Shown here: piece after piece, positions 49,631 through 64,000 of the stretch | Layout of the letters: the number at the start of each line of letters is the position of its first letter | Position numbering within the stretch: the stretch's first letter is position 1 | DNA from: Fimbriimonadales bacterium | GTDB taxonomy: Bacteria; Armatimonadota; Fimbriimonadia; Fimbriimonadales; ATM1 | NCBI GenBank assembly: GCA_026129745.1 | Contig: JAHCHL010000011.1 | Location: 1 to 64,000, forward strand | Direction: 5' to 3' | Length of the DNA stretch: 64,000 bases | Translations under genes and position numbers: made by a program | The notes under the pieces: generated by a model | The model's input: only the letters and a program-made list of their open reading frames with translations | Told to the model about the DNA's origin: nothing | The model's database searches: none

Positions 49631-50737
49631 ATGACCCCTTTCGCTTTCATTGTTCATCCCATCGACGCCAGGCGCGATGTCGCCCGGAAATATCCCATCG
49701 CACGCTATCTTCCGGTTTCTGTCATCGAATGGCTCCTGAAACGAAAGAAGCCGATCCTCATGGGGCACGCGACGGGAATCGAATCCCTGACCGGCGCGAA
49801 AACCGAGGGGTGGTTCATCGGCTGTCCATTGACACCCAAGATGATGCTCGATATGCCGGTCGAGCAAGTCTATGAAAAGATCCTCGAATGCTGCGAGATG
49901 GCAGCAAGCCTCGGAGCCAAAGTGATCGGCCTCGGCGCATTCACTGCTGTGGTCGGAGACGGTGGCGTAACGATTGCCAAGCGAAGCCCGATACCAGTCA
50001 CGACAGGCAACAGCTATACGGTAGCCTCGGCCATTGAGGGCGCTTTGGAGGGTGCGAGGCTAATGGACATCGTGCCAAGCGAAGCGACCCTAGCCGTTGT
50101 CGGTGCCACAGGATCGATTGGGCGAACCTGCGCCGTTGCCCTTAGCCCTGCGTTTAAGCGAACGATTCTCATTGGGCGCGACATTGAGCGGACCAAAGCG
50201 ATCGCGAACGAAATTGGATCGAAGACAGAAGCCACAACCGACATCGACGCAATTCGTGACGCTGACGTTATTGTGACGGTCACAAGCAGCGATGCTGCTG
50301 TGATTCAGCCAGAGCAACTGAAGCGAGGCGCAGTCGTTTGCGACGTCGCGAGACCGAGAGACGTTAGTGTGCGTGTTGCCAAGGAGCGGGAAGACGTTCT
50401 GGTCATCGAAGGCGGTGTGGTGGAAGTGCCCGGCAATCCGGACTTCGGCTTCAGTTTCGGCTTTCCCCCAAAGACTGCCTATGCCTGCATGAGTGAGACG
50501 ATGATGCTCGCTCTCGAAGACAGACCTGAGTCGTTTACGGTGGGCAAGGATGTGAGTTTGGATCAAGTCGAAGAGACGCAAAGACTCGCTGCGAAGCATG
50601 GCTTCAAGCTTGCCGGCTTTCGCAGTTTCGAGAAAGCCGTCACCCCAGAAAAGATCGAGAGCGTTCGGGCTGCCGCAGGGCGTCCGGTCGGCTCTCCGAA
50701 CCCCGGAGCAGCGCAGGGCGTTAAACAATTGGGATGA
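49631..50737 (+). CDS. Homologue of cyanobacterial long-chain acyl-ACP reductase (AAR family)
   Basis: It aligns across its length with S. elongatus AAR, which was recalled from memory: FAFIVHP~FGLIGHL, VTTGNSYT~FTTGNTHT, LAVVGATGSIGRTCAVAL~VAVVGATGDIGSAVCRWL, IEGGVVEV~LNGGVVEH, YACMSETMMLALE~FACFAEAMLLEFE. Confidence 0.65.
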   Translation: MTPFAFIVHPIDARRDVARKYPIARYLPVSVIEWLLKRKKPILMGHATGIESLTGAKTEGWFIGCPLTPKMMLDMPVEQVYEKILECCEMAASLGAKVIGLGAFTAVVGDGGVTIAKRSPIPVTTGNSYTVASAIEGALEGARLMDIVPSEATLAVVGATGSIGRTCAVALSPAFKRTILIGRDIERTKAIANEIGSKTEATTDIDAIRDADVIVTVTSSDAAVIQPEQLKRGAVVCDVARPRDVSVRVAKEREDVLVIEGGVVEVPGNPDFGFSFGFPPKTAYACMSETMMLALEDRPESFTVGKDVSLDQVEETQRLAAKHGFKLAGFRSFEKAVTPEKIESVRAAAGRPVGSPNPGAAQGVKQLG

Positions 50738-51525
50738 TTGCTCTATTCGCACTCTCCGCGACTTTGTTTGGATACACGCTGCCCAGCGATCCGGTTCGCT
50801 ACAGCGTCGAACTGAATTACGACGGATACTTGCCGGTATTAGGCGGTCTTGAGCAAACGGCCAAAGTGAACATCGGATTGGTTGTTTCAGGTCGGACCGA
50901 CGGAATTGCGACGACCCAATTGGAAACGCTCTCAGTCGCGCTGCGCGATCTTGAGAACGGCGGATGGGCGGTGCTGCCTTTCAACGAAGAGAGCGTCCGG
51001 CCATTCTTTCCAACCTCCACGATTCGGTTCGAAAAGTCAGGTCGGATCCTTGAGACGGACATGCCGAAGAATGAACTGCCCATGCGGCTGCCGGGGCTGG
51101 ACCTCCAGCACATTCCCGATGTGACGTTCATGTTCCTGGAGTTTCCGGAACAGGAGATCGAGGAAGGTCACAAGTGGTCCTTTGAGCGTAAGTTTGGAGC
51201 CTCGCTCGTCAAGTACCATGCTGAGTACCTGGGCACCGACGAAAAGGGAGCCAAGTTCGGCGTCCAGTTAACCCAGGAGTACGAAGTCAAAGAGGACGAG
51301 AACAACAACCCGACGACCGATGAGGCCGAGGTCGCCCAGGTGGTGAAGACCAAGGTCGAAGGAGGAGGCACGGTCTGGTTCAAGGGCCCAAAGGGCCTGA
51401 TTTCTGCAGTTGAGGTGACCGCAAATGCGGTTTCGCACGTATACTCTATGAAGGCTGGCGATCCGGTCGGGCAGCGTCGCCTACGGACGCAATTCAAAAT
51501 CGAGTACCTAGGTCCAAAATCATGA
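50734..51525 (+). CDS. Exported hypothetical protein P1 (paralogue family)
   Basis: Its ATGA start/stop overlaps the AAR-like gene. It has an N-terminal hydrophobic leader. Confidence 0.45.
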   Translation: MIALFALSATLFGYTLPSDPVRYSVELNYDGYLPVLGGLEQTAKVNIGLVVSGRTDGIATTQLETLSVALRDLENGGWAVLPFNEESVRPFFPTSTIRFEKSGRILETDMPKNELPMRLPGLDLQHIPDVTFMFLEFPEQEIEEGHKWSFERKFGASLVKYHAEYLGTDEKGAKFGVQLTQEYEVKEDENNNPTTDEAEVAQVVKTKVEGGGTVWFKGPKGLISAVEVTANAVSHVYSMKAGDPVGQRRLRTQFKIEYLGPKS

Positions 51526-52412
51526 AAACAACCAGAGTTCTACTTGCGGCTTTTGTAGCCACAGTATTCCTTTCCGGCTTTACGCAGGGCGGGATAACCC
51601 TTCGGCGCACCTTGACCGAGGGTGACGTCGACAAATACACATTCGAGATCCTCTCGAGCCAGCTTGTCTATTCAGACATGATGGGCTCTGAAATGCCGAT
51701 CGAAATCACGACCAGTGGCAAAGTCGCCATCAAAACAGGAAAGGTCGACGAAGAGAAGCAAGAGGCGAATGTCGAGATCCATGTTACCGACTTGAAGTAC
51801 GACCTCGGTATGGTCGGCGGCATGATGGGTGATGCGGAGATGCCAAGAGAAATGAAGTTCACCGGAAAGATGAACCAGTTCGGTGAGATCACGAACGTAA
51901 GTGCAGTCGGTGGCGGGCAGCCGGGCGGCATGGCTGGCGGCATGATGATGATGTTCGGTGGCGGAGCGTCCGCAAACATGATGTTCCCGAGCATCAAGTT
52001 TCCGGAGAAGTCGTTGCGAATTGGCGACACATGGGAAATCCCGATCCCTGCGAATCCCATGCTTGGCGTTGGTGATGAAAAGATGGTCGCTACCATTGAG
52101 AGCCAGCGAGAAGAAGCAGGTGTGCCTATTTACGTGATCCGCGTCACTGCAAAGCATCCCACGAACGTCGACATGGCACGAGCCATGGAGGCACAAGGAG
52201 GCGCTGGCGGTAACGAAATGGCAGGGATGCTTGCTAACATGAAGATCTCCGGCTCGATGGACTCGAACACGGTCGTTTGGGTCGAGCGCGAGAGCGGACG
52301 CATCATCAAGCAAGAAACGCTTCAAAAGACGAAGCAAAAGATCGACGGTGGAATGTTCACGGCCGATGTGAACGGCACAACGACGGTCAAGATGGTGCGA
52401 GTAGCGGAGTAA
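51522..52412 (+). CDS. Exported hypothetical protein P2 with Gly/Met-rich low-complexity inserts
   Basis: ATGA overlap with P1. It has the signal peptide MKTTRVLLAAFVATVFLSGF and GGMMGDAEMP...GGMAGGMMMMFGGG low-complexity stretches. Confidence 0.45.
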   Translation: MKTTRVLLAAFVATVFLSGFTQGGITLRRTLTEGDVDKYTFEILSSQLVYSDMMGSEMPIEITTSGKVAIKTGKVDEEKQEANVEIHVTDLKYDLGMVGGMMGDAEMPREMKFTGKMNQFGEITNVSAVGGGQPGGMAGGMMMMFGGGASANMMFPSIKFPEKSLRIGDTWEIPIPANPMLGVGDEKMVATIESQREEAGVPIYVIRVTAKHPTNVDMARAMEAQGGAGGNEMAGMLANMKISGSMDSNTVVWVERESGRIIKQETLQKTKQKIDGGMFTADVNGTTTVKMVRVAE

Positions 52413-52419
52413 GTCCAAA

Positions 52420-55273
<2,854 letters not shown>

Positions 55274-55276
55274 CGC

Positions 55277-56128
55277 GTGTTCGTACCTTATTCGGAACTC
55301 GACGTTGACCTCTGCGTTTCAAGTGGACAGGTTTTCAGATTTCACAAGACAGGTGAAGGTTGGATTGGGATCGACGGATCAGATGTAGTTACGGCAAGGC
55401 GCGTTCAGGGTGGTTGGGAAGTGTCGGAGAGCGGGCGTGAACTGTTTCAATTGCAGATTTCGCTTTGTGACATCGAGCGTCGCATTCTCGAAAGGAGCGG
55501 AGAGCTTGCAAAGAGGCTCGGTCGGTTTCGCGGGCTTCGAGTTTTGAAGCAGAAGTATGCCCATGAAACCCTTTTCTCGTTTCTTTGCACTCCGAACAAT
55601 AATCTCAATCGAATCGTTCCGATGGTGCGGCATTTAGGTAGTTACGGCAACGAAATCTGCGACGGGTTATACGAGTTTCCATCAATAGAGCGAATAGCCG
55701 AAATACCGGAGAATGAACTGCGCAAAGCTGGGTTCGGCTATCGTGCAAGGACGATTCCCAATGTAGCGCGCCAAGTCCTTGCGAGACCGGAGCGATGGCT
55801 AACATCGTTGCGAACCATGCCGTACAAGGAAGCGCATTCGTCCCTTTGCGAAATTGACGGAATCGGTCCAAAGGTTGCGGACTGTGTTTGCCTTGTTGGG
55901 CTATGGCACACCGAAGCGGTTCCCGTCGATACGCATTTGTGGCAAGCCGCGTGCGACCTTTACTTCCCAGAGTGGAAGGGCAAGAGCATTACGCAGAATC
56001 GCTACGATGCTGTCGGAAACCTCATGCGTGAGAAATTTGGCGAACTTGCAGGATGGGCACACCAGTACCTGTTCTACGAGCGAATTCTCGACTACCGCAA
56101 AGGCAAGCATGTATACTCACAAACATGA
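55277..56128 (+). CDS. ogg: 8-oxoguanine DNA glycosylase / HhH-GPD family (Ogg-like)
   Basis: LCEIDGIGPKVADCVCLVGL..VPVDTH is an HhH-GPD motif with the catalytic K/D. Confidence 0.7.
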   Translation: MFVPYSELDVDLCVSSGQVFRFHKTGEGWIGIDGSDVVTARRVQGGWEVSESGRELFQLQISLCDIERRILERSGELAKRLGRFRGLRVLKQKYAHETLFSFLCTPNNNLNRIVPMVRHLGSYGNEICDGLYEFPSIERIAEIPENELRKAGFGYRARTIPNVARQVLARPERWLTSLRTMPYKEAHSSLCEIDGIGPKVADCVCLVGLWHTEAVPVDTHLWQAACDLYFPEWKGKSITQNRYDAVGNLMREKFGELAGWAHQYLFYERILDYRKGKHVYSQT

Positions 56129-57015
56129 GAGCCTTGTTTTGCGCTCTACCAATCTTTCTCGGTTGTGCATCGTCGCAAGTCCAATCCGTCGATGCGAAAG
56201 TCGAGACGCAAGTCGAGCAGCAGCATGGCATCTTGTGCGTTCTCGAGAATGAGAACGTTACCGAAAGCAGCGGGATTGCGCTCTCAAAACTCTTGAAAGG
56301 CGTTTACTGGACGCACAACGACAGCGGCGATGGTCCTTATTTGTATGCATTCGATTCGCAAGGCAAAGACAGAGGAACTTTCACTTTGAGCGGTGCACAA
56401 GCGATCGACTGGGAAGACATCGCGAGCGCGACCCTGGACGGTAAGTCATACTTGTTTGTTGGAGACATCGGCGACAACAATCGAATTCGCGATACGATTG
56501 TCGTTTACCGAGTTCCTGAACCAAAGCCTGCTGCCGGTAAGCACATCATCGATGACTTCGAAACGTTTACGCTTACCTATCCTGATGGAGCGCATGACTG
56601 CGAAGCACTCATCGTTACGCCCTCTGGTGCGATTCAGCTCATCACAAAAAGCCCAGACGGAGTCGCAGGCGTGTACCAAGCGAAGCTTCCCGAGAAGTCA
56701 TCGAAGCTGGAGCTGACGAAGATCGGTGAACTAAAGATCGAAGCGTCGGTAGCGGGAATGCGGATGGTCACCGCTGCGGACATGGACATTGACGGCAAGC
56801 GCGTCGTCATTCGAACCTACACTCAGGCCCTCTTGTATGAGGGTTCACCGACCAACTGGTTCACCATGCAGCCAACAAGGATTCCGGTTCAGTTCGAAGG
56901 TCAAAGCGAAGCGGTTTGCTTCGACTTCGATCCAACCCGAATCATTACAACGAGCGAAGGGAAGCCTTGTCGCGTCAATTGGACGAGAGTTTCAAAAGTG
57001 GAAAGCCCAAGATAA
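56125..57015 (+). CDS. Lipoprotein, hypothetical (beta-propeller-like)
   Basis: Lipobox FLGCASS. There are no confident family motifs. Confidence 0.4.
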   Translation: MRALFCALPIFLGCASSQVQSVDAKVETQVEQQHGILCVLENENVTESSGIALSKLLKGVYWTHNDSGDGPYLYAFDSQGKDRGTFTLSGAQAIDWEDIASATLDGKSYLFVGDIGDNNRIRDTIVVYRVPEPKPAAGKHIIDDFETFTLTYPDGAHDCEALIVTPSGAIQLITKSPDGVAGVYQAKLPEKSSKLELTKIGELKIEASVAGMRMVTAADMDIDGKRVVIRTYTQALLYEGSPTNWFTMQPTRIPVQFEGQSEAVCFDFDPTRIITTSEGKPCRVNWTRVSKVESPR

Positions 57016-57047
57016 TCCGCGACAGATCATCTTGGGCAGTCCTCGGT

Positions 57048-60000
57048 TTAGATGTCGGCTTCGTCGAGATTCTCGGCACCCAAACTTTCCGCAAGTGTGC
57101 GGATATCGCCGATATCGCCCTCGTCGAATTCTTCGACCTCTTCGATTTCCTCTCTGTCTTGCATACTTGCGAGAGCCGTAATGGGAGCCTTCGCCCATAC
57201 CGGTTCGCGGGTCGTCTTGACAGCGATGTTTCTGTAAGCAGGGAAGCCAGATCCTGCTGGTATCAGCCGCCCAATAATGACGTTCTCTTTGAGGCCCACA
57301 AGGTCGTCTGTTCGTCCCTTGACGGCTGCGTCGGTCAGCACGCGCACAGTCTTTTGAGCAGAAGCAGCTGACAGGAACGACTCTGTTGTAAGCGCTGCTT
57401 CCGTGATTCCTTGAATTACCGCGTCTGCAGTCGCAGGAATCGGTGTGCGCTTCTTGATTTCGCCTGTCTCGATGTCCTCGTACTCGGCTTCTTCGCCAGC
57501 GGCGATCATTTGCTGGATGCGCTCGTTCTCTCTTCGGAAAGCGAATCGATCGATGATCTGTCCCGGAAGGAACTTCGTGTCACCGCCTTCTTTGATCCGA
57601 ACCTTACGCAGCATCTGGCGACAAATCACTTCGAGATGTCGGTCGTTGATGCTGACTCCGTTCGACTTGTAGAGCGATTGAAGTTCGTTCACCAAGTACT
57701 CTTGCACCGCACGAATTCCTCTGAATTCAAGAAGAGTGCCGAGATCGAGCGGCCCTTGAGTCAGCGGGTCGCCCGCCTTCACTTTGTGACCGGTGTCGAC
57801 CAAGAGAATTCGCCTTTTCGGCAGCAGTACGACTTCGAAGATCGTGATTTCATTCACGCCCACTTTTGCAAGTTTGTCGAGGACTGCCTTATTGATGTCA
57901 GTGCCGGCTTCAAAGACGGTCTCTTTCGTCTCAGGATGCAGAACTTTCTCAGCGATGGTCTTGCCAGAGATGTCGTGTTCACCGGGGGTGACTTTCGCAC
58001 GTATGACAATCCACCTGCCGAGTTGACCAACCTTGATGGTATCGACGATCCCGTCAAACCTCGCAACGATCGCCTCGCCCTTCGGCGCACGTCTTGCCTC
58101 AAGAAGTCTTTCGGCAAACGGAATGCCGACATAGTGATAGAACGAGTGTTCGACCAACTCTCTTGCAAGCTGTCGATTGGCTGTCGTTCTTGGAGGGGGC
58201 GTATCTGCTTTCTTGGTCTTTTTGGTCGACTTCTCAGCTTCGGCCTTTAGCCTTTCCGCTTTGCCTGTCAGTTCATCGAGCAAGTTACGTTGTTCGCCGA
58301 TGAAGTCCGGCATCTCGTGCGATTCGAGTTCGTCGGTCTTCAGGTCTGCTTTCAGCTCTTGGTGCAGCGTTCCATACATTCGCCCCGCTTGGTTGTAACC
58401 CGTAAGCACTGTTCCGGTCGCGACGCCTCCGTGGTGGAACGTGCGCATCGTGAGCTGCGAAAGCGGCTCGGACATGGTCTCGCCAGCGATGACACCGACT
58501 GCCAAGCCTACTTCTGCAAATTTCCTTGTCGAAAGATCCCAGCCATAGCACTTAGCGCAAATGCCGCTCTCCAATTCACATGTCAGAGGACTTCGGATGG
58601 AGACTTGCAATTCGCCATGTTCGCCGATTCGGAAACCGTGTTTGCGGTAGTGCGCCTCTATCTTTTCTAGCGCCTTCTCTGGGTCTTTGTCCAGCTTCGC
58701 TTCCTCACGCGCCTTGTGATAGCTCGCGTCGGCTGCGTCGAGCATATTTGCTCCACGCTCATCGAAAGCATCTCCGAGTTCGCAAATGACGACTTCTTCC
58801 TTGCTGTTCGGATCGGTAACGCGTTCAATGGATGTGCGTCCCTTGCATCGCAGGCTTAACGTCTCAATGACATCGCCTTCGGTCACGATTTTAGCGACAT
58901 AGATGCCTTGCGTGGTCCCGCAGTCTTCCGCCTTGATGACCATGTCGTGAGACACGTCGACGAGTCTCCTTGCGATGAATCCGGAATAGCCCATAAGCAG
59001 CGCGGTATCGGTAACGCCCTTTCGGGTTCCGAACATTGAAACGAAGTATTCAAATACGCGCGATCCCGCAAACAGACCGTTACCGCCCACGATGTCAGTA
59101 ATCGGCTGATTGAAGTTGTTGCGGAACATGCCGCGAGTGGCCATGAGCTGTACGAGCTGCTCGCGCGAGCCTCGCGCTCCGGACTCGACCATCATGCGGA
59201 GCGGATTGAACTGCCCCATTTCGGTGACGATCGTGTTTGACAATTGGCCGAATGCACCGCTCCAGATTTCCTGCAAGGATCGGTCGCGTTCGTTTCGTGC
59301 CATCAATCCCATCTGATAGCGCTCGCGGACGTCCGCAGTCGCTTTCTTGGCGTCGCCGATCTTCTTTTCGATCAGGTCTTTGAGTCGGCCGCCTGCTTCG
59401 AATTCCTTGTCGACGTCATGCGAGATGCGCTGACCGGCATATTCGAGCTTTGCCATCTGCATCATTAGGGATTGGTCCGAGGTCGGAGCAGAAAGTGGAT
59501 CGACATCGGACAGCGCGATCGTCAAACCGTATCGTGTTGCCCATTCGAATCCAAGTTCCTTGATGGCATCCATCATGTCGACTGTTGTCTGCGCGGACGT
59601 CAGTTGTCGAACTTGTGTAATGAGTCGCGTGAGCGCGCGCTTCGTCATCTCGACGGGAATCCAATCGTCGTGATGTTTAACGGGGTAGGGAAGGATCTCG
59701 TGGAACACCATTTGTCCAGGTGTCATTTCACGAATAACAGTCTCCCAGTTCTCAATTTCGCCAGCTTCATTGGGTGGCCCGGCAGGACGGCGAAGTCGAA
59801 CGAACACAGGGTCATTGAGTGGAATGCGAACACTCGGATCAGGATGGGTCGCAAGGAATATCGCTTCGTCCGGCGATGCGAACGTCTGAGGAGCAGGATG
59901 CTTGGATGGATCGCTGCGATGCAATTCCATCTGCTCGTCCAGTCTCTTCTTCGAGGCTTTGTTGATGACTGTCAGAGCGTATGCACCGAGGATGATGTCT

Positions 60001-61763
60001 TGAACAGGCGACATCGTTGGCTGTCCATCTGCAGGCGAGAACAGGTTGTTGCTCGAAAGCATCAGGATACGCGCCTCGGCCTGGGCGGCAGCGCTCAGCG
60101 GAACGTGAACCGCCATTTGGTCGCCGTCGAAGTCCGCATTAAATGGCGGACATACAAGCGGGTGGACTTGAATCGCCTTGCCATCGACGAGGACCGGCTC
60201 AAACGCTTGAATGCCGAATCGGTGCAGCGTTGGCGCACGGTTCAACAGAACCGGGTGGTCTTTGATGACTTCTTCAAGTGCATCCCAAACGGCAGGGTGC
60301 ATTCTGTCGATCATCCGCTTCGCGGTCTTAATGTTTTGAGTTAGCTTCTGGTCGACGAGCGCCTTCATAACGTATGGCTTGAAGAGTTCAAGTGCCATTT
60401 CTTTCGGCAATCCACATTGATGCAGCTTTAGGTGCGGACCGACAACGATAACCGCGCGTCCAGAGTAGTCGACACGCTTGCCAAGCAAGTTCTTTCGGAA
60501 TCGGCCCTCTTTTCCTTTCAGCATGTCGCTCAAAGATTTGAGTGCGCGATTGTTGCTGCCCACAACCGGTCGCGAGCGGCGTCCGTTGTCCACGAGTGCG
60601 TCCACCGCTTCTTGGAGCAGCCGCTTTTCGTGGTTGATAATCGATTCAGGTGCGCGAATCTCAATGATCTTTCGCAAGCGATTATTTCTATTGATGATTC
60701 GCCGATACAAATCGTTGAGGTCCGAAGTTGCGAATCGTCCGCCGTCCAATTGCACCATCGGTCGCAATTCAGGCGAGATGACGGGCATCACTTCGAGAAC
60801 CATCCACTCCGGTTTCGTCTTCGATGTGATGAATGCGTCAACGATTTCAAGTCGCTTGATCATCCTTGCGCGCTTCGGGCCCTGGCTGCGAAGGATTTGG
60901 CTTCTCAATTCTTTTGCTGTCGCATCGAGATTGACGCGTGACAGAAGTTCTTTGACTGCTGCAGCTCCAATGCCCGCTTTGAGCATTTGGTTGAACGGCT
61001 TGCCGGTGCGCCGGGAAACAGCATTGAGCATTCTGTCGACTGCGCGGTATTTGTCTTCCTCGATTAGCTGGTTAAGTTCGAGCTTGTACAGGACTTCGAG
61101 TGCGACATCCATTTCCTTGACTCGATCTTGTGAGTCGCGCTGCTCGGCCTTGATTCGATCGTTGACGGCCTTTGTTCGATCCTTGATAATCGACTCGTCG
61201 TACTCGTCTTTATTCTCTTCCAACTCGCTTGCAAATGCTTCGCGAATCTCTTCTTCAAGTTCCGCCATGCTTTGCTCAAGAGCCATTTTCTCTTTCTCGA
61301 CCAGTTCTTCAATCTCGCTCCGAGCCTCCTCAAGCCCTTCCTTGTCCAACTCGATGACAATGAAGGAACCGAAGTAGACAACTTTTTCGAGATCTCTTGG
61401 GCCGATGTTGAGAAGCAGCGCAATCGGTGAAGGAACGCCTTTCAAAAACCAAATGTGGCATACGGGCGCCGCGAGCTCGATGTGACCCATCCTCTCGCGG
61501 CGCACGCGCGAACGTGTGACTTCGACGCCACACCTCTCACAGACAATGCCCTTGTACTTGACCTTCTTGTATCGCCCGCAATGGCATTCCCAGTCTTTGA
61601 CGGGGCCAAAGATCCGTTCGCAGAACAGACCGTCGCGCTCTGGTTTGAAGGTTCGGTAGTTGATGGTTTCTGGCTTCTTGACTTCGCCATGCGACCATGC
61701 CAGAACGTCTTCAGGACTGGCTATACCGACACGAATTTTTTCGAAGAGTGTTACGTCAGGCAT
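57048..61763 (-). CDS. rpoC: DNA-directed RNA polymerase subunit beta-prime
   Basis: It has the N-terminal Zn-binding [21 protein letters not shown] and [14 protein letters not shown] motifs. Length is 1571 aa. Confidence 0.95.
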   Translation of the reverse strand: MPDVTLFEKIRVGIASPEDVLAWSHGEVKKPETINYRTFKPERDGLFCERIFGPVKDWECHCGRYKKVKYKGIVCERCGVEVTRSRVRRERMGHIELAAPVCHIWFLKGVPSPIALLLNIGPRDLEKVVYFGSFIVIELDKEGLEEARSEIEELVEKEKMALEQSMAELEEEIREAFASELEENKDEYDESIIKDRTKAVNDRIKAEQRDSQDRVKEMDVALEVLYKLELNQLIEEDKYRAVDRMLNAVSRRTGKPFNQMLKAGIGAAAVKELLSRVNLDATAKELRSQILRSQGPKRARMIKRLEIVDAFITSKTKPEWMVLEVMPVISPELRPMVQLDGGRFATSDLNDLYRRIINRNNRLRKIIEIRAPESIINHEKRLLQEAVDALVDNGRRSRPVVGSNNRALKSLSDMLKGKEGRFRKNLLGKRVDYSGRAVIVVGPHLKLHQCGLPKEMALELFKPYVMKALVDQKLTQNIKTAKRMIDRMHPAVWDALEEVIKDHPVLLNRAPTLHRFGIQAFEPVLVDGKAIQVHPLVCPPFNADFDGDQMAVHVPLSAAAQAEARILMLSSNNLFSPADGQPTMSPVQDIILGAYALTVINKASKKRLDEQMELHRSDPSKHPAPQTFASPDEAIFLATHPDPSVRIPLNDPVFVRLRRPAGPPNEAGEIENWETVIREMTPGQMVFHEILPYPVKHHDDWIPVEMTKRALTRLITQVRQLTSAQTTVDMMDAIKELGFEWATRYGLTIALSDVDPLSAPTSDQSLMMQMAKLEYAGQRISHDVDKEFEAGGRLKDLIEKKIGDAKKATADVRERYQMGLMARNERDRSLQEIWSGAFGQLSNTIVTEMGQFNPLRMMVESGARGSREQLVQLMATRGMFRNNFNQPITDIVGGNGLFAGSRVFEYFVSMFGTRKGVTDTALLMGYSGFIARRLVDVSHDMVIKAEDCGTTQGIYVAKIVTEGDVIETLSLRCKGRTSIERVTDPNSKEEVVICELGDAFDERGANMLDAADASYHKAREEAKLDKDPEKALEKIEAHYRKHGFRIGEHGELQVSIRSPLTCELESGICAKCYGWDLSTRKFAEVGLAVGVIAGETMSEPLSQLTMRTFHHGGVATGTVLTGYNQAGRMYGTLHQELKADLKTDELESHEMPDFIGEQRNLLDELTGKAERLKAEAEKSTKKTKKADTPPPRTTANRQLARELVEHSFYHYVGIPFAERLLEARRAPKGEAIVARFDGIVDTIKVGQLGRWIVIRAKVTPGEHDISGKTIAEKVLHPETKETVFEAGTDINKAVLDKLAKVGVNEITIFEVVLLPKRRILLVDTGHKVKAGDPLTQGPLDLGTLLEFRGIRAVQEYLVNELQSLYKSNGVSINDRHLEVICRQMLRKVRIKEGGDTKFLPGQIIDRFAFRRENERIQQMIAAGEEAEYEDIETGEIKKRTPIPATADAVIQGITEAALTTESFLSAASAQKTVRVLTDAAVKGRTDDLVGLKENVIIGRLIPAGSGFPAYRNIAVKTTREPVWAKAPITALASMQDREEIEEVEEFDEGDIGDIRTLAESLGAENLDEADI

Positions 61764-61808
61764 GCTGTAAGTTCAACTCCAATCGTTGAGCCCTTTCGGG
61801 GAAATGTC

Positions 61809-62093
61809 TTATCGTCGCTTTCGGCCTCTTCCGGCTGCCGGCTTTCGAGCGGCCTTCTTGGCGCCACCGCGTCCTGCAGGCTTGCTGCTTCGTGCAGAAC
61901 CGCCCACGATTTCGATGTAGTTGACTTCGCCAGCATTGATGATGCGGACTCCGTCCTTTCCTTTCACGTCGACGTACTCTTCGCCCTCAGCGACCTTTCG
62001 GCGAAAGCTCGAAAGAATGAGCTTTGCACTACGATCTGTTTCTGCAGGAACGATGAGTTCTCGATTGTCGAATACGAATTTTACGCTTGCCAT
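61809..62093 (-). CDS. Small basic protein (94 aa) encoded between rpoB and rpoC; hypothetical
   Basis: It has an ATG with an upstream GGAGA, a structured N-terminal approximately 60 aa, and a Lys/Arg/Ala/Gly-rich tail (KKAARKPAAGRGRKRR). Confidence 0.45.
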   Translation of the reverse strand: MASVKFVFDNRELIVPAETDRSAKLILSSFRRKVAEGEEYVDVKGKDGVRIINAGEVNYIEIVGGSARSSKPAGRGGAKKAARKPAAGRGRKRR

Positions 62094-62145
62094 TGTTTTT
62101 GTTTGTGTCTCCTGATGTGTTCTGAGCTTTCGCCCATGTGTTTTT

Positions 62146-64000
62146 TTAGAAGAAGCCGACCGATCTCGCGAGCTTCATGTCGTCGCCTTGCGAATGCTCG
62201 TCCAAGTCTCTCAAGCTGATTTCGCGGTTGTTCGCGTCTTCGACGGTTACCCTCAAGCCGAGACTGCGCAACTCGTTGACCAGAATCTTGAACGACTCCG
62301 GAATGCCAGGCTCCAGCATGGTTTCGCCTCGAACGATGCTCTCGTAGGTTTTCACTCTGCCCATCACATCGTCCGATTTGATGGTGATGATTTCCTGCAA
62401 GATGTTGGCCGCGCCATAGGCTTCGAGTGCCCACACTTCCATTTCGCCGAAGCGCTGGCCGCCGAACTGCGCTTTACCGCCCAGTGGCTGCTGCGTTACG
62501 AGCGAGTACGGGCCAATGCTCCTTGCGTGGATTTTTTCTTCGGCGAGATGTTCGAGCTTGAACATGTACATGACACCCACCGAGACAGGGAACTCCATAG
62601 GGTCGCCCGTCCATCCGTCACGTAGCAAGCTCTTGCCGGTCTTTTCATCAATTCCTGCACGCACCCACACACGCTGGCGGATTGCGTCGATGATTGATTC
62701 ATAAACCGAGTCAGGAGCTTTGTATGCGGGTTCGTTCTCGTTCACAACGAACTCAGCGTCCGGGTCGATGTCCATGTCGGCCACACTCATTGCTGGTTCT
62801 GCGGCAACGACTCGCGATATCTCCTCCAATCGGGACTGACCCAACTTTCGAAGAGTGCTCTCGATTTCGTTCAGCATCTCCTGTACAGACATGCCCCTCT
62901 TGAACCGAAGACCAAGCCTTAGTTCAGAGTTGACATATGCCTGCAATACGTCTTGACGGGTTTGTTCGGCAATGCGCCGCAGCTCTGCCATCACCTGTTC
63001 AGGTCGCGAGCCTTCAAACGCAGGGCACAAGAAGCGGACGCCCAACTTCTGTGCGACAAGTCCAAGCATCGACTCGAGCATCTGTCCGTCGTTTAGTCGG
63101 CTTGGAACGCCGAGGGGATTGAGCACGATGTCGACTGGTCTGCCATCTGCCAAGAAGGGCATGTCTTCTTCAGCGACAATTCGCGAAATGACGCCCTTGT
63201 TTCCGTGTCGGCCCGCCATCTTGTCACCAACCGTCAGTTTTCTTTTCTGAGCGACGTGCACCTGCACTGTCATATTCGTTCCGGCTGGCAATTCATCGCC
63301 GGCGATCTGTTCAAGTTCGCCGCCAGTGATTTCGCTTACCAAATGCTCGCGCTTTTTCGATTCATGGAAGATCTTTCCTGTCGCTTTGTCGCGATACTTG
63401 TATCGGCTGAACACCTTGACGTCGACGACTGTGCCTTGCTCTCCGTGAGGTACTCGCAAAGACACGTCTCTCGTTTCTTCTGCCTTCTTTCCAAAGATTG
63501 CGATGATCAATCGCTCTTCTGCGGTCAACTCGACCTGGCCCTTCGGCGCAACCTTTCCAACAAGAATGTCGAGCGGCCTGACGTCTGCGCCGATGCGCAC
63601 GATTCCGCTTTCATCGAGATCCTTTAGCGCTTCTTCACCAACGTTCGGGATATCGCGCGTGATCTCTTCAGGGCCAAGCTTAGTGTCAACTGCTTCAGTG
63701 TCGTATCGCTCGATATGGATTGACGTGAAAACATCTTCCTTGACCAGTCGCTCGCTTACAAGAATCGCGTCTTCAAAGTTGTAGCCACGCCAGGGCATGA
63801 ACGCCACGACCAGGTTTTTGCCAAGCGCAAGTTTGCCTTCGTCACAAGCTGGGCCGTCCGCGATGGGCTGGCCTTTGTAGACCTTTTGATCAGGGAACAC
63901 GCGCGGCCTGTGCGTGAAACATGTCGACTTGTTTGACTGGCGGATGTGGTCCAGTACGTAAACGTCGGTCGTTCCGTCTTCGTCCGCTTCGACTTCAATG
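62146..64000 (-). CDS. rpoB: DNA-directed RNA polymerase subunit beta, 3' portion (continues beyond window end)
   Basis: [15 protein letters not shown] and [32 protein letters not shown] motifs are present. The frame stays open to nt 64000. Confidence 0.95.
   Translation of the reverse strand, partial: IEVEADEDGTTDVYVLDHIRQSNKSTCFTHRPRVFPDQKVYKGQPIADGPACDEGKLALGKNLVVAFMPWRGYNFEDAILVSERLVKEDVFTSIHIERYDTEAVDTKLGPEEITRDIPNVGEEALKDLDESGIVRIGADVRPLDILVGKVAPKGQVELTAEERLIIAIFGKKAEETRDVSLRVPHGEQGTVVDVKVFSRYKYRDKATGKIFHESKKREHLVSEITGGELEQIAGDELPAGTNMTVQVHVAQKRKLTVGDKMAGRHGNKGVISRIVAEEDMPFLADGRPVDIVLNPLGVPSRLNDGQMLESMLGLVAQKLGVRFLCPAFEGSRPEQVMAELRRIAEQTRQDVLQAYVNSELRLGLRFKRGMSVQEMLNEIESTLRKLGQSRLEEISRVVAAEPAMSVADMDIDPDAEFVVNENEPAYKAPDSVYESIIDAIRQRVWVRAGIDEKTGKSLLRDGWTGDPMEFPVSVGVMYMFKLEHLAEEKIHARSIGPYSLVTQQPLGGKAQFGGQRFGEMEVWALEAYGAANILQEIITIKSDDVMGRVKTYESIVRGETMLEPGIPESFKILVNELRSLGLRVTVEDANNREISLRDLDEHSQGDDMKLARSVGFF

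Overview
This is a 64 kb chromosomal window from a moderately GC-rich bacterium, densely coded on both strands with no prophage, IS element, integrase or CRISPR array. The gene mix points to a diderm: LptD/OstA-like, TolB-like, three LolA-like proteins, a PEP-CTERM tail, flagellar hook genes. It also carries a Firmicutes-style mcsB-clpC pair. The phylum cannot be determined from the sequence alone. Recognisable housekeeping genes include acyl-CoA dehydrogenase, trpB, ftsY, secA, ppa, hisC, DAHP synthase, ligA, ogg, cyclophilin, FKBP, a PduO-type adenosyltransferase, IDH/IPMDH-family dehydrogenase, the rpoB 3' end, rpoC and one tRNA-Met(CAT). There is a partial flagellar hook locus (fliK-flgD-flg_new-flgE) and many DNA-repair genes: SRAP, imuB-like, dnaE2, UDG, DprA-like, RadC, two DinB-family hydrolases and ligA-ogg. 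No single obvious novel system stands out. The best candidates are, in order: (1) a translationally coupled operon of a cyanobacterial-type acyl-ACP reductase homologue with three paralogous exported proteins; (2) an SPFH-GYF protein paired with a double zinc-ribbon membrane protein; (3) a two-nuclease DUF2779 protein with a DUF503 partner; (4) a translin-family gene in a co-directional string with RadC and a small unknown gene; (5) a small basic ORF inserted between rpoB and rpoC; (6) a recombination scar joining a ~100 bp clpC gene fragment to an orphan PEP-CTERM tail. All functional calls are made by eye from motif recognition. No database search was possible.
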